From: an uncultured Methanomassiliicoccales archaeon
Lineage (GTDB): Archaea; Thermoplasmatota; Thermoplasmata; Methanomassiliicoccales; UBA472
NCBI GenBank assembly: GCA_963695345.1
Contig: OY968769.1
Coordinates: 2,304,001 to 2,368,000 of the forward strand
DNA: 64,000 nt
Direction of reading: 5' to 3'
In this document: one piece after another, positions 1 through 10,600 of the stretch
How the letters are laid out: each line of letters opens with the position of its first letter
Position numbering within the stretch: the first letter of the stretch is position 1
Made by a program: the position numbers and the translations under genes
The notes under the pieces: model-generated
Databases searched by the model: none
The model's input: only the letters and a program-made list of their open reading frames with translations
What the model was told of the DNA's origin: nothing

Positions 1-489
1 TGGCGTATCCCGGCGCTACGCATCACCGTGACCAAGGGCCTGGAGACAGCGCTCGACAAGAAGAAGAAGAAGATCGGACTATCGAGAGCCTTCATAAACA
101 CCGGCGCGGTCAACAGCGTGACCGACACCATCACCATCGGTGTCCCCATGACCGACCTCAAGGGGGCATTGGTCGCGGAGGGGCTGTGGCATCTCAACTT
201 CGGAAACCTTACCGGCATGAGGGTCATCTGCAGAAAGGGTCGCCAGATAGGCTACGTGGACAACCTGGTGTTCGATCCCAAGGACAGCTGGAAGATAAGT
301 CTCATCGACGTCAGACTGGACAAGACCACCAAAGATGACCTGAACATCAAGAAGAAGATGATGTCCGGATCCGGGATCGTCATCAGGACCACCGACATCC
401 TTACCGTCGGGGACATGGTCATGCTGAAGATCGACATCGATGAATTGAAGCAATGGCTGGAGAACCGGCCAGCCTCAATGAAGAGCTGA
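1..489 (+). CDS. Tandem PRC-barrel domain protein (5'-truncated at window edge)
   Basis: Frame is open from base 1 (WRIPALRITVTK...). The second unit has the PRC-barrel pattern LTGMRVICRKGRQIGYVDNLVFDPKDSWKI. The first unit parallels it (WRIPALRI vs WKISLIDV; VNSVTDTI vs ILTVGDMV). Confidence 0.7.
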   Translation, partial: WRIPALRITVTKGLETALDKKKKKIGLSRAFINTGAVNSVTDTITIGVPMTDLKGALVAEGLWHLNFGNLTGMRVICRKGRQIGYVDNLVFDPKDSWKISLIDVRLDKTTKDDLNIKKKMMSGSGIVIRTTDILTVGDMVMLKIDIDELKQWLENRPASMKS

Positions 490-504
490 TGGAGAGGAAC
501 ACTC

Positions 505-1431
505 CTGATCGAAACCGTTGAGCTTTCCCGGAAGTTCGAACAGACCATGGCGGTCGAGGACCTTACGATCACGATCGATGATGGGGAGGTCTTCGGTTTC
601 CTGGGACCCAACGGCGCGGGAAAGACCACCACCATCAGGATGCTGTGCTGCCTGATCGAACCCACTTCCGGCCAGGCTTTCGTGGACGGACTGGACGTCA
701 ACGACAAGGAATCGCGCATCAAGATCCGCCAGAACATCGGACTGCTCCCGGAGAATCCCGGGCTCTATGAGTCGCTTTCCGCATACCAGAACCTGGACTT
801 CTATGCCAGAATGTATGGTGTCCCTTCTGACAAACGATCCTCCCGCATAACCGAGCTACTTCAGGCCTTGGACATCCTGGACCGCAGGAACGACGCGGTG
901 GGTACCTTCTCCAAGGGGATGAAACAGAAGATCGCCATCGCCCGGGCGCTGGTCCACGATCCGAAATACCTGTTCCTGGACGAACCGACCTCCGGCCTGG
1001 ACCCGGTCTCCTCGATAACGGTCCGCAACTATCTGATGGAGCTGAAGCGGGAAGGGAGGACCATATTCATCAACACCCACCATCTTGATGAGGCGCAGAA
1101 GCTCTGCGACCAGATCGGCATCCTGAAGACGCGTTTGCTGGCAAAGGGTTCGCCGGAGCATCTCGCCAACGAGTTCTTCGGCAAGACCACCATGATCGAG
1201 CTTCGCGAGGTAACGCCTGAGATACTTAAGGTGGTCCAAGGCTCCAAGGGGGTCAGGGCGTTCCGCCAGGAGAAGGAACGGATCTTTCTCTCCATCGACG
1301 ACCCGGTCACCGACAACCCGGCCATCATCGCCGAGCTGGTCGGTTCCGGCGCGCACATCGTCCATGTTGAGGAAGTGAAGAAGGGGCTGGAGGACGTCTA
1401 CCTGCGCATCCTCGGAGGCAACGGCCAATGA
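505..1431 (+). CDS. ABC-2 type exporter ATP-binding protein
   Basis: Walker A GPNGAGKT, signature FSKGMKQK, Walker B FLDEP. Coding homology (LIETVELSRKF) extends upstream of ATG 547 to about CTG 505, so the exact start is uncertain. Confidence 0.93.
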   Translation: MIETVELSRKFEQTMAVEDLTITIDDGEVFGFLGPNGAGKTTTIRMLCCLIEPTSGQAFVDGLDVNDKESRIKIRQNIGLLPENPGLYESLSAYQNLDFYARMYGVPSDKRSSRITELLQALDILDRRNDAVGTFSKGMKQKIAIARALVHDPKYLFLDEPTSGLDPVSSITVRNYLMELKREGRTIFINTHHLDEAQKLCDQIGILKTRLLAKGSPEHLANEFFGKTTMIELREVTPEILKVVQGSKGVRAFRQEKERIFLSIDDPVTDNPAIIAELVGSGAHIVHVEEVKKGLEDVYLRILGGNGQ

Positions 1432-2456
1432 TCCGTTTCGAGAAGATGTGGGCCATCGCCCGGAAGGAGTTCTCCGAGTTCCGGCGAAACCGGTACGTGC
1501 TGATGAGCCTGGTCATCATGCCCATGATCATGACGATCGTCCTGCCGATCGTCTACCTGGTGCCGGTCACGGCGCTGTCCACCGAGAACACCAAGCCCAT
1601 CGAGCTCGACCTGAACATCCAGAACACCTACGATGGGATCAACTTCACCAATGGATTCTTCTCCAACGCATCGTTCACCAACTGCGAGCTGTCGAACGTC
1701 ATACTGGACAAATGCCAGGTCAAGGGTGGTTACGTCAACTTCTCGTTGATCAGGTCGTCCGAGGTCAATGATTCCTGGATGCAGTCCACCACGCTTTATT
1801 TCTCCAATCTGAACAACAATACCAGGATCGACGTGGTATTGGTGTCGAGCGTGGTCATCGGTGGGCCGTCCGAACTGGTCAGCACCCTTCTGTTGCTGAT
1901 CAATCTCCTCATGCTCATGTTCATGGTACTGCCGGCCGTCCTGCCGACCATCATCGCCTCCTATACCCTTGTCGGGGAAAAGGTCAATAAAAGTCTGGAA
2001 CCCCTGCTGGCCACCCCCACCACCGACCTGGAGCTGCTGGGCGGGAAATCGCTCAGCATCTTCCTGCCCACCATGTTGGCGGCGTGGCTGTCGTTCGTGC
2101 CGTTCGTAATACTAGTGGACCTCATCACCGGGCCGGTCCTGGGCTATTTCATCCTGCCGAACACGATGTGGATCATCGCCATCTTCATCATGTCCCCGCT
2201 GATCGCGCTGTTAAGCATCCTGGCCAATGTCATCGTCTCCTCCCGGGTCTCCGACGTCCGGAGCGCGCAACAGTTAGGCTCGCTGGTCGTACTGCCGGTC
2301 ATACTCTTCTTCGTCCTGATCCTGACCCAGTCCTCGACCACCAGCGTCAGCCTGATGGTCATGTTCTCGGTCCTGATGGTGGCGGTCGATGCCGTCGTCC
2401 TGTTCCTGGCCCTGCGGGTCTTCCGCCGCGAGGAAATACTGATACGGTGGAAATAG
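1428..2456 (+). CDS. ABC-2 type permease with an inserted beta-helix-like extracellular segment
   Basis: ATGA overlap with the ATPase. Motifs IARKEF and GEKVNKSLEPLLATP..ELLGGK; six hydrophobic segments. Confidence 0.9.
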   Translation: MIRFEKMWAIARKEFSEFRRNRYVLMSLVIMPMIMTIVLPIVYLVPVTALSTENTKPIELDLNIQNTYDGINFTNGFFSNASFTNCELSNVILDKCQVKGGYVNFSLIRSSEVNDSWMQSTTLYFSNLNNNTRIDVVLVSSVVIGGPSELVSTLLLLINLLMLMFMVLPAVLPTIIASYTLVGEKVNKSLEPLLATPTTDLELLGGKSLSIFLPTMLAAWLSFVPFVILVDLITGPVLGYFILPNTMWIIAIFIMSPLIALLSILANVIVSSRVSDVRSAQQLGSLVVLPVILFFVLILTQSSTTSVSLMVMFSVLMVAVDAVVLFLALRVFRREEILIRWK

Positions 2457-2556
2457 TGCTCCTGGCTCCAATATCCAAGGGGCGTTGAATATCCTTCATA
2501 ATTCCGTCTAGAATGAATACGATTCCCTATGAAGTGGAGGGTATCTTTTGTTAAAA

Positions 2557-3282
2557 TCAAATGAAGGCAATGATCGCCGCCATAACGCCTGATAAAGTGA
2601 TCCAGAGGAGGTAGTTCTTCCACATCTTTCCATCTCGCTCCCAATAGTAGGCCCACCATTTTCCATAGCCCATTTCACCTGGATTTCCATTCTTCATGGC
2701 ATTGGCGATCTCAACGTTCCAATATGCCTTTCGTAGATTGTAGCCGATCCAGAAAGCGCCGAGGAACAAAGGCAACAGGATCGGGAACCATATTGCCCTG
2801 GCCCCTGGCGCCCTGGAAGCGGATTCGAAGCTGATGGATGTCTGATACGTTCTGGTCGATGGCGAGGATTCGTTCTCGCTTCTACCGTCGATGCTGACTA
2901 TCACCGGAAAGCCTCCCCAGAAACCTGTCGTGATGCTTCCCTTGAAGTCATGGTTCTCGCCTGGATTCACTATCTGGTCGCCTTCGAATATCGTGTGGTA
3001 CTCGGTCGGACTCTTGAATTGATCATTTGTAAACATCCCATCGCCCGGCCATTTTATGGTAACTACGATCTTGGTCAAATGGATCGCATCTGACCCACTG
3101 TTTGTTACTATCACATGATAATCGAAGGGGGTATCCTGGTATGCATGGTTCGGACTGGTCCGGATATCAATCGATCCATCAAGCAGTCCGTCGCTTGGGT
3201 TGGCCATAATGAACGAGGTGATGAACACCGTTAGAACGACAATAGCGATCACTGATCTGGTGACGCTCGCGAACCAATTCAA
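2557..3282 (-). CDS. Hypothetical membrane protein with Ig/CARDB-like extracellular domain
   Basis: TTG start, N-terminal hydrophobic signal, beta-rich domain (VIVTNSGSDAIHLTKIVV; VNPGENHDF) and two C-terminal TM helices. GC looks lower than in neighbours. Confidence 0.6.
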   Translation of the reverse strand: MNWFASVTRSVIAIVVLTVFITSFIMANPSDGLLDGSIDIRTSPNHAYQDTPFDYHVIVTNSGSDAIHLTKIVVTIKWPGDGMFTNDQFKSPTEYHTIFEGDQIVNPGENHDFKGSITTGFWGGFPVIVSIDGRSENESSPSTRTYQTSISFESASRAPGARAIWFPILLPLFLGAFWIGYNLRKAYWNVEIANAMKNGNPGEMGYGKWWAYYWERDGKMWKNYLLWITLSGVMAAIIAFI

Positions 3283-3442
3283 AAATTATTCTCCCCCAGG
3301 ATAATACGAGTTTTTGATTTAAGGTTTGTTCACGATATCTCAATACCGGAGGACCAATTGACCGATCATTGGTCACCCATTCTCCGTCTCCATCAGAGGA
3401 AATAATAGTGTGAGAAACATATCACATCATACAGGTGTGGCT

Positions 3443-3829
3443 ATGAACATGGAATCGGCGGAATGGATGGCCCGGGCGGAACGTGAGTACGATTCAGCCC
3501 TGGATATGTTCAAGATGTCCTACCATCGGTTCGCCCTCCTTCATGCCCAGATGAGCCTATACTATTCCCTGCGGGCCGTGGCCATCGATAAGGGACTCAG
3601 CCCTCACGAGACCATCGACCTGGGCGGATTGGCCCATCTCATCGGAACTCCTCCCGCCATATCACAGATCGTGGCAGACCTAAGAAGCGAGTGCATGCTG
3701 ATCCACAAAGGAGAATACTGGCAGGACCCGGACAAAGACCGGGTGGGAAAACTGCTCGACGCGGCCGGCGAGGTCCTCGAATGGGCGGAGAGCGCGTTCG
3801 ACGGCAGCTGTTGGTCGGACAAGGAATAA
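3443..3829 (+). CDS. Stand-alone HEPN-domain protein (MNT-HEPN type), degenerate
   Basis: WMARAEREYDSALDMF..FALLHAQMSLYYSLRA..ETIDL..LDAAGEVLEWAE follows the HEPN helical pattern. AGGTG RBS lies before ATG 3443. Confidence 0.7.
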   Translation: MNMESAEWMARAEREYDSALDMFKMSYHRFALLHAQMSLYYSLRAVAIDKGLSPHETIDLGGLAHLIGTPPAISQIVADLRSECMLIHKGEYWQDPDKDRVGKLLDAAGEVLEWAESAFDGSCWSDKE

Positions 3830-3830
3830 G

Positions 3831-3857
3831 AAAAAGCGGGCCGAGAACGGCCCTTTT
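3831..3857. terminator. Bidirectional terminator-like hairpin
   Basis: AAAAA-GC-GGGCCG-AGAA-CGGCCC-TTTT between convergent genes. Confidence 0.6.
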
Positions 3858-3890
3858 AACCGGGGTTCGGGAAAAGGTTCCCTGAAGGGC

Positions 3891-5000
3891 TCAGTCCTCC
3901 TTCCACTTGGAGATGTAGGCCCCCAGCACGATGAACACCACGGCGATCACGGCAATGACCGCCAGGTTGCCGATCGCCGAGCTGCTGTTGGCGAACACCA
4001 TGGTGTCCCTCAGGCCGTTGTTCAGATAGGTCAGCGGCATCACCTTGGAGATCTCCTGGAGGTAGCTGGGCATCTGTTCCAGCGGGAAGAACGACCCGGA
4101 AAGGAACATCATCGGGAACGTCACGGCGGATGATGCGGCGTTGGCGGTCTCCTCGTCCTTGGCGAATCTGGAAAGCAGCATGCCCAGTCCGGTGAACATC
4201 GCCGCCCCCACCATGATCAGCGCGATCGCCTCGATGGTCAGGGTCATATGCACGTTGAACGCCAGCATGCCGACGATCATGATGGCCGCGACCGAGATGA
4301 AGCAGACCACGATGTACCAGAGCACGTGCGACAGCAACCATTCCAATCGGGTGAACGGAGTGGTGGCCAGCTTCCTGAAGATGCCGGTGGAGCGATACCT
4401 TGACTGGAGCCCCTGCATGTAGAAGGTGCAGTTGGTCATGATGGTCATTCCCATGATGCCCGGCAGGAAGAAATCGATGTAGCCCAGTCCTTTCTGGTTG
4501 ATCTCGCCGGAGGCGACGGTCATGACCCTGGAACCGTTCGCCAAGGCGAGGTTGGTGGAGTCCGCTATCGATGATACGATGCTCTGCACCACCCGCGCCG
4601 AACCGGACGTGGGGTCGACCCTTAACAGTACCTGCCCGGTGGCACCGGGGAGGGGGGCCAGATTGAAGTTCGCGGGTATGACCAGCACGTTGCTCAAGGA
4701 ATTGTTCTTGATGTATTGCTCGAGGTTTTGGTTGGCCGATACGTTCACCACGGTGACGATCCCGGACATCTGCATGGGCACGATCACCTGCTGATAGCCG
4801 GTGGAGTTCTCCCCGTCGAAAGCGGCGGTGTTGTCCTGGACGTAGATGTTGTAGTTCGAGGGGGCGCCGCTGTTGGAGAATATCGCCCCGAATATGAATA
4901 TCAGCAAAACCGGGAATGCCAGCGTCCAGAACACTCCGCCCTTGTTCCGGAAGAACATCTTGCCGGTGGCTATGAAGTCCATGAGGATGCGGTTCTTCAT
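3891..5000 (-). CDS. ABC-2 type exporter permease
   Basis: FWTLAFP, YIDFFLPG, FLSGSFFPLEQMP..PLTY motifs. Overlaps the stop of the ATPase gene. Confidence 0.93.
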   Translation of the reverse strand: MKNRILMDFIATGKMFFRNKGGVFWTLAFPVLLIFIFGAIFSNSGAPSNYNIYVQDNTAAFDGENSTGYQQVIVPMQMSGIVTVVNVSANQNLEQYIKNNSLSNVLVIPANFNLAPLPGATGQVLLRVDPTSGSARVVQSIVSSIADSTNLALANGSRVMTVASGEINQKGLGYIDFFLPGIMGMTIMTNCTFYMQGLQSRYRSTGIFRKLATTPFTRLEWLLSHVLWYIVVCFISVAAIMIVGMLAFNVHMTLTIEAIALIMVGAAMFTGLGMLLSRFAKDEETANAASSAVTFPMMFLSGSFFPLEQMPSYLQEISKVMPLTYLNNGLRDTMVFANSSSAIGNLAVIAVIAVVFIVLGAYISKWKED

Positions 5001-5920
5001 GATTCCACCTCCTCGCTGATCTTATGTCCAGTGAGCTTGAGGAACACATCCTCCAGCGTCGACCGTTTCAACAGTATCTCATCATATACCGCTTCGGAAT
5101 CCGAGAGGGTCTTCACGATCTTCGGCAGGATGGTCTTGTCCTCCACGTGGATCCACACATCCCCGTTCTTGGCATCGTATTCCAACCCGGACGCCTTGAT
5201 CGAATCCCTGGCCGCCGGCGACGCTCCCTTGATGATGCACAGCGATCCGATCCCGAACTCCTCGATGATCGCCTTCGGAGTCCCGAACGCGATGAACTTG
5301 CCCGAGTTCATGATCGCCACCCGGTCGGAAAGGACCTCCGCCTCCTCCATGTAGTGGGTGGTCAGGATGACCGTCTTGTTCCTGGACTTGAGATTGTGGA
5401 TGACATCCCACACCTCCCGTCGGGCCTTCGGGTCGAGACCGGTCGTCGGTTCGTCCAGGAAGATTATGTCCGGGTCGTTGGCCATGGAGATGGCGACCCC
5501 TACCCTCTGCTTCAGCCCCCCGGACAGGTTCTTGAACATCTCGTTCCTCTTCCCCTCCAGGTTGACCGCCCTGATCAGGTCGTCGGTCGGAAGGCTACGG
5601 TCGTAGAGCCCGGCGAAGTAATCGATGCTCTCCTTGACGGTGAGCAGGTCGTATGAATGGAAATCCTGCGGCAGCACCCCGATCCTCTTCTTGATCTCCC
5701 TCTGCTGATGGTGGATGTCGTTTCCGAGCACCGTGACCGATCCCGACGTGGGGCGGCGCAGGCACTCCATTATCTCCACGGTGGTGGTCTTTCCCGCCCC
5801 GTTGGGTCCCAGAATGGAGAAGACCTCTCCCGGATGAACCTCGAAACTGATACCGTTTACGGCCTTGAGGTCGCCGTAATTCTTGACCAGGTCCCTTACC
5901 TCGATGACGTTTTCGGACAT
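4997..5920 (-). CDS. ABC-2 type exporter ATP-binding protein
   Basis: GPNGAGKT, LSGGLKQR, FLDEPTTGLD, TTHYMEEA. Confidence 0.95.
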   Translation of the reverse strand: MSENVIEVRDLVKNYGDLKAVNGISFEVHPGEVFSILGPNGAGKTTTVEIMECLRRPTSGSVTVLGNDIHHQQREIKKRIGVLPQDFHSYDLLTVKESIDYFAGLYDRSLPTDDLIRAVNLEGKRNEMFKNLSGGLKQRVGVAISMANDPDIIFLDEPTTGLDPKARREVWDVIHNLKSRNKTVILTTHYMEEAEVLSDRVAIMNSGKFIAFGTPKAIIEEFGIGSLCIIKGASPAARDSIKASGLEYDAKNGDVWIHVEDKTILPKIVKTLSDSEAVYDEILLKRSTLEDVFLKLTGHKISEEVES

Positions 5921-6207
5921 TTTCCCCCCTCACACCAGAAAGGTGATGTTACTAATATCAATTGTGAAGGATTGTATTGACATGACGTAGCATGGATCGT
6001 CTATCGACCGGCGATAATGACTAACGGATGTGGGTGTCGTAAGATCGACCTCATGGAACCCCCTCAGGAACGATTTCTTCAAAGGAAATCGCAGCTGTGG
6101 ACAGGCCACATTATCTGTCATGATAATCTCAGGCAAAGTCACTTTAAGAATAGAGCGAATCTCAACGGCATAATGCAGACGCCATCGAAACCCCAGGGAG
6201 GTGTGCC

Positions 6208-7551
6208 ATGCTATCCAAAGGATTACTGATTCCTCTGTCCTTTGCCAGCCTCCCGGTCATTTCGATCACATTCTTCGACAAGAAGAAAAGGTCCAGGAAG
6301 CCAAAGGAAGAGGATGATGTAGATGTGCCTCCAGATGGCCTGAGCGTCGAGGAACTGGAGCGCCTCGACCTGGACCAGCTTGATGCTCTTGGCTCGAGCG
6401 TATTGGGCGATGAATCCCGATCCGAGGACGCCAAAGAGATCACCCTGCTGCCTGGATGGTCCTTCATCCCCAGCATCACGATCTCATTCCGACGCCGGGA
6501 CAAGCTCACCGAGCCGTCCTTCGAGACGGCGGAGGAAGAGGAGATCATAGAAGGCATAAGGAAAGCACCACTGCCTGACACCATCTTCGAATCGCCCAGG
6601 CAGTCCGCCCGTCCGGCCATGGACCGGGACGTGGCCGAGTTCGATCCGGAGACGGACGCCATCATACGTCCCGATTCCTTCGATGAGCTCAACCCCTCGT
6701 CCGGTGCCCCCGCCCTTACCAAGGCAAAAGCCCCCCGGAAACGGGAGGAACTTTCTCTCGAGAGCGGGCCAGATCCGTCCGAGATGGACCTGGATCTGGA
6801 CCTTGAACTGCCCGGCAACGACATCGGTTTCGAGGTCGAGCTTCCCGATGACAATCTGATCAAACCCAGGCCTGGGCGGGACAATGCCACGGTCGTTCCG
6901 GTTGGCATGGACCGGGACGATCTGGACCTGATGCTCGGAGGCGGGCTGCCCCGCAGCTCCATCGTCCTCGTCGAGGGAAGGAAGGGCTCCGGCGTCGAGC
7001 AGTTCATCCAACGCCTCACCTACGGGTTCCTGCAGAACGGGGTGGGCGTGACCTACATCTCGACCGAGAACGCCACCAGCGATTTCATCGAGCAGATGTA
7101 CGGGTCCGGGTTCATGATGGCCAACCACCTGTTGGGCAGGAAGATCCTTTACATCCCCATCGATTCGCTGATACGCAAGGAACGGGCCATGGCCGGATAC
7201 ATCGACCGCCTGATCCGCTCACCGCAGCTGCTCAACGACGTTATCATCATAGACCGGCTGTCCACCATGACCGCTAACGATCTGGACGAGAACGGGCACC
7301 TGAAACTGCTGTCCTATCTGAAAGGCGCGGTGACCAAGAACCGCACCGTGATCCTGGTCACCGACGAGAAGCAGAACGGGATCGAGACCATCCGGGAGGA
7401 GGCCAAGGCCCGGATGAGCATGGCCGTCATCGAGGACGGTCCGGAGACCACCCACTCGGTCCACGTCCTCAAGTACCCGGAATCGGTCCCGGAGGCAAAA
7501 GAGGAAATCCGTTTCAAGATAGAACCGGGCCTCGGAATGGTTGTCCAGTAG
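6208..7551 (+). CDS. FlaH(ArlH)/KaiC-like RecA-fold protein with degenerate Walker A and long acidic N-terminal extension
   Basis: LGGGLPRSSIVLVEGRKGSGVEQFIQRLTYGFLQNG..YISTE, IIIDRLS and FKIEPGLG resemble ArlH. GGAGGTG RBS before ATG. Confidence 0.75.
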   Translation: MLSKGLLIPLSFASLPVISITFFDKKKRSRKPKEEDDVDVPPDGLSVEELERLDLDQLDALGSSVLGDESRSEDAKEITLLPGWSFIPSITISFRRRDKLTEPSFETAEEEEIIEGIRKAPLPDTIFESPRQSARPAMDRDVAEFDPETDAIIRPDSFDELNPSSGAPALTKAKAPRKREELSLESGPDPSEMDLDLDLELPGNDIGFEVELPDDNLIKPRPGRDNATVVPVGMDRDDLDLMLGGGLPRSSIVLVEGRKGSGVEQFIQRLTYGFLQNGVGVTYISTENATSDFIEQMYGSGFMMANHLLGRKILYIPIDSLIRKERAMAGYIDRLIRSPQLLNDVIIIDRLSTMTANDLDENGHLKLLSYLKGAVTKNRTVILVTDEKQNGIETIREEAKARMSMAVIEDGPETTHSVHVLKYPESVPEAKEEIRFKIEPGLGMVVQ

Positions 7552-7646
7552 TCGTTCCGAGCTGTTCCAATTTTTGATAACTGACTGATAACGTCTTTAT
7601 AAACAGGTGCCGCTCGAAAGCTGATCATTCTTGAGAGCTGATATCG

Positions 7647-10600
7647 ATGCGTGAGACCCGGCCGCGATACAATTCCGTCTGCCTACTGGTAGCATTGTTG
7701 CTCCTAGTGCCGCTGTTCTCCATGAACGGCCTCGCAGCACCGGTCCCCGATTCCCCCACCGATGTGACCGCGTGGGGGAGCAATTCCCGGATCACCATCA
7801 ATTGGACCGCTCCGGTGAACACCGGCGGATATCCCATCACCGGTTATTCCATATACAAGGGCACCAGCCCAACCGACATGCGGGTGTACGTGGTGGTGGC
7901 GTCCACTCCCTTCACCTACCAGGACAACGTGGTCGAGAACGGTCAGACCTACTACTATTACGTGACCGCCCACAACGTCAACGGAGAAGGGGCGCCATCG
8001 TCCACGGTCTCCGACATGCCCCTGAACGTACCCTCCGCCCCGACGGCGCCCACCGCCACATCCGGCATCGGCCAGATGATCATCGGCTGGAACCCTCCCT
8101 ACAACGAGGGGGGTTCTCCGGTGACCAACTACCGCATCTACCGGGGCACCTCCGCCTCCCTGCTGCTGTTCCTCAAGGACTCGGCCCAGACCACCGCCAC
8201 CGACAGCGGACTGAGCAACGGTCAGACCTACTTCTATCAGATCTCCGCGGTGAACGCGGTCGGTGAGGGCACCAAATGCGCGGTGTTCCAGGGAACCTTG
8301 GCATCGGCGCCCGGCCCCCTGCTCGACCTTCAGGCAGTCGCCTCGGACTCCAAGGTGACGCTGACCTGGACCGCTCCATCCGACAACGGCGGCTCGCCTG
8401 TGACCGGCTATATCGTCTATCGTTCGGTCGCGTCCGGTGAGGAGAACGTCCTCCAGCCGGTCACGGCCACCACCTATCTGGACCTGAACCTGGTCAACGG
8501 GGTCACCTACTACTACCAGGTGTCCGCGGTCAACGCGGTCGGGGAAGGGCAGCCCTCCTCCGAGGTGGCCTGCACGCCGGCCGCCGTCCTGGGACCGCCG
8601 ACCTCGATAACCGCGGTGCCTTCCAATTCCGTCATCTCGATGAGCTGGACCGCACCCGCCAACACCGGCGGGTCGACCGCCTCCTCCTACAAGATATATC
8701 GGGGCACATCGGCCACCACGCTGCTGTTCCTGGCCTCGGTCACCCTGACCAGCTATCAGGATACCGGCCTCACCAATGGGCAGATCTACTTCTACAAGAT
8801 CAGCTCGGTCAACTCCGTCGGCGAAGGAGCCCAGTCCTCGGCGGTCGGGGCAACCCCGTTCTCCACGCCATCGGTGCCCCTATCCTTGACCGGGACCAGC
8901 GGCAACGGCGGCGTATCCTTGGATTGGTCCCCTCCGTTCAGCAACGGAGGCTCATCCGTGCTCCGTTACCATATCTATTGGTCGGATTCGGCCACCGGGC
9001 CCTGGACCATGATCGATACCCTGAGCGCGGGAACGGTCTACGCCCACAGCGGCCTGACGAACGGACAGACCTATTATTACCAGGTGGCGGCGGTCAATTC
9101 CGCCGGGGAAGGCCCCAGGACAGCGACCGCGTCCGCCACTCCGCACACGGTGCCCTCGGCGCCGGCCATCATTTCCGCGACCGGCGGGACCGGCAACGTC
9201 ACCTTGACCTGGACGGCGCCGGCGTCGGATGGCGGATCGGCTCTGACCAAGTACTCGGTATATCGGGGAACTTCCAGCGGGTCGGAGACGTTCCTCCGGG
9301 ATGCCGGACAGTCCCTGACCGTGATCGACAACACGGTATCGGCGGGCACGACCTACTACTACCGGGTCACCGTCTGGAATTCGCAGGGGGAGAGCCCCAG
9401 ATCGAACGGGGCCAGTGCCACCACATTCGGTGCGCCTACGCCGCCGACCGCGCTCACCTGCACGGCCGGGGACTCGCTCATATCGCTTCACTGGGACGCC
9501 CCCGGCTCCGACGGGGGCTCGTCGGTGCTGGCCTATCGGGTCTTCTTCGGCAGCAGCCCCGGTGTCTATTCCGCCAACCAGACGGTATCCTCCAACTCCT
9601 TCCTGCATGGGTCGCTGACCAACGGTGTACGCTATTTCTACGCCGTGGCGGCCATCAACTCGGTCGGTCAGGGACCGCTCTCCGCCGAGAGCTCCGCAGT
9701 CCCGATGACCAACCCCACCGCGCCACAATCGCTGCTGGCAACTGCCGGGGTCAGACAGATATACCTCTCCTGGCAGCCGCCGCTGGTCAACGGAGGGTCC
9801 AACGTCACCGGCTACAAGCTGTACCGCGGCCCCACCGCCACCAGTCATTCCCTCATCGCCGTGCTCGGCCCGGAGCGGGAGTTCACCGATACCGGGCTCT
9901 TGAACGGGACCACCTATCATTACTCAGTCTCCGCGATCAACTCCCAGGGGGAGAGCCTGCGCAGCCTGGAATCCTCGGCCCGGACGAATTCCGTGCCCAC
10001 CGTCCCCACCGGTCTGTCGGTCACCGCCGGAAACTCCCAGGCAACCCTTTCCTGGTCGGCGCCGAGCGACAACGGCGGTTCGGCCATCGGTTCCTATGGC
10101 ATTTACCGGTCGACGGTCCAGGGCAGCTATGTGCTGGTAGCCAACACCGCCTCATTGATCTATACCGATCCCGGCCTGACGAACGGCCAACGCTATTACT
10201 ACGCGGTGTCGGCCGTAAATCCCGTAGGAGAAGGCCCCCGGACGGTCCAGCTGTCGGTCCTGCCGGCCAGCATACCGTCGGAACCGCAGTGGCTGATGGC
10301 GACCCCCGGCGTCAAGAGCATAACCCTCTCCTGGACGGCCCCCACCACCGACGGCGGCTCCCCGCTGCTGGGATATCATATCCTCCGGGGAAATGCGCCC
10401 GGTTCGGAAACGCAGTATGCCGATGTCGGCACCACATCGTTCGCCGATTCGTCCCTGGACGACGGCGAGACCCACTATTACGAGGTGATCGCCTACAACG
10501 CCATCGGGAACGGACCGGCGTCGGACGAGGTTTACGCCACCACGTTGTCCCTCCCGAGCGCCCCGACATTCCTCCAGGCGACCGTTTCGGACCGGTCGGT

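Noticed and set aside
6081-6127. Three small adjacent inverted repeats upstream of the FlaH-like gene
   Set aside because: The arms are only 5-7 bp and unrelated to each other, so they cannot be distinguished from chance.
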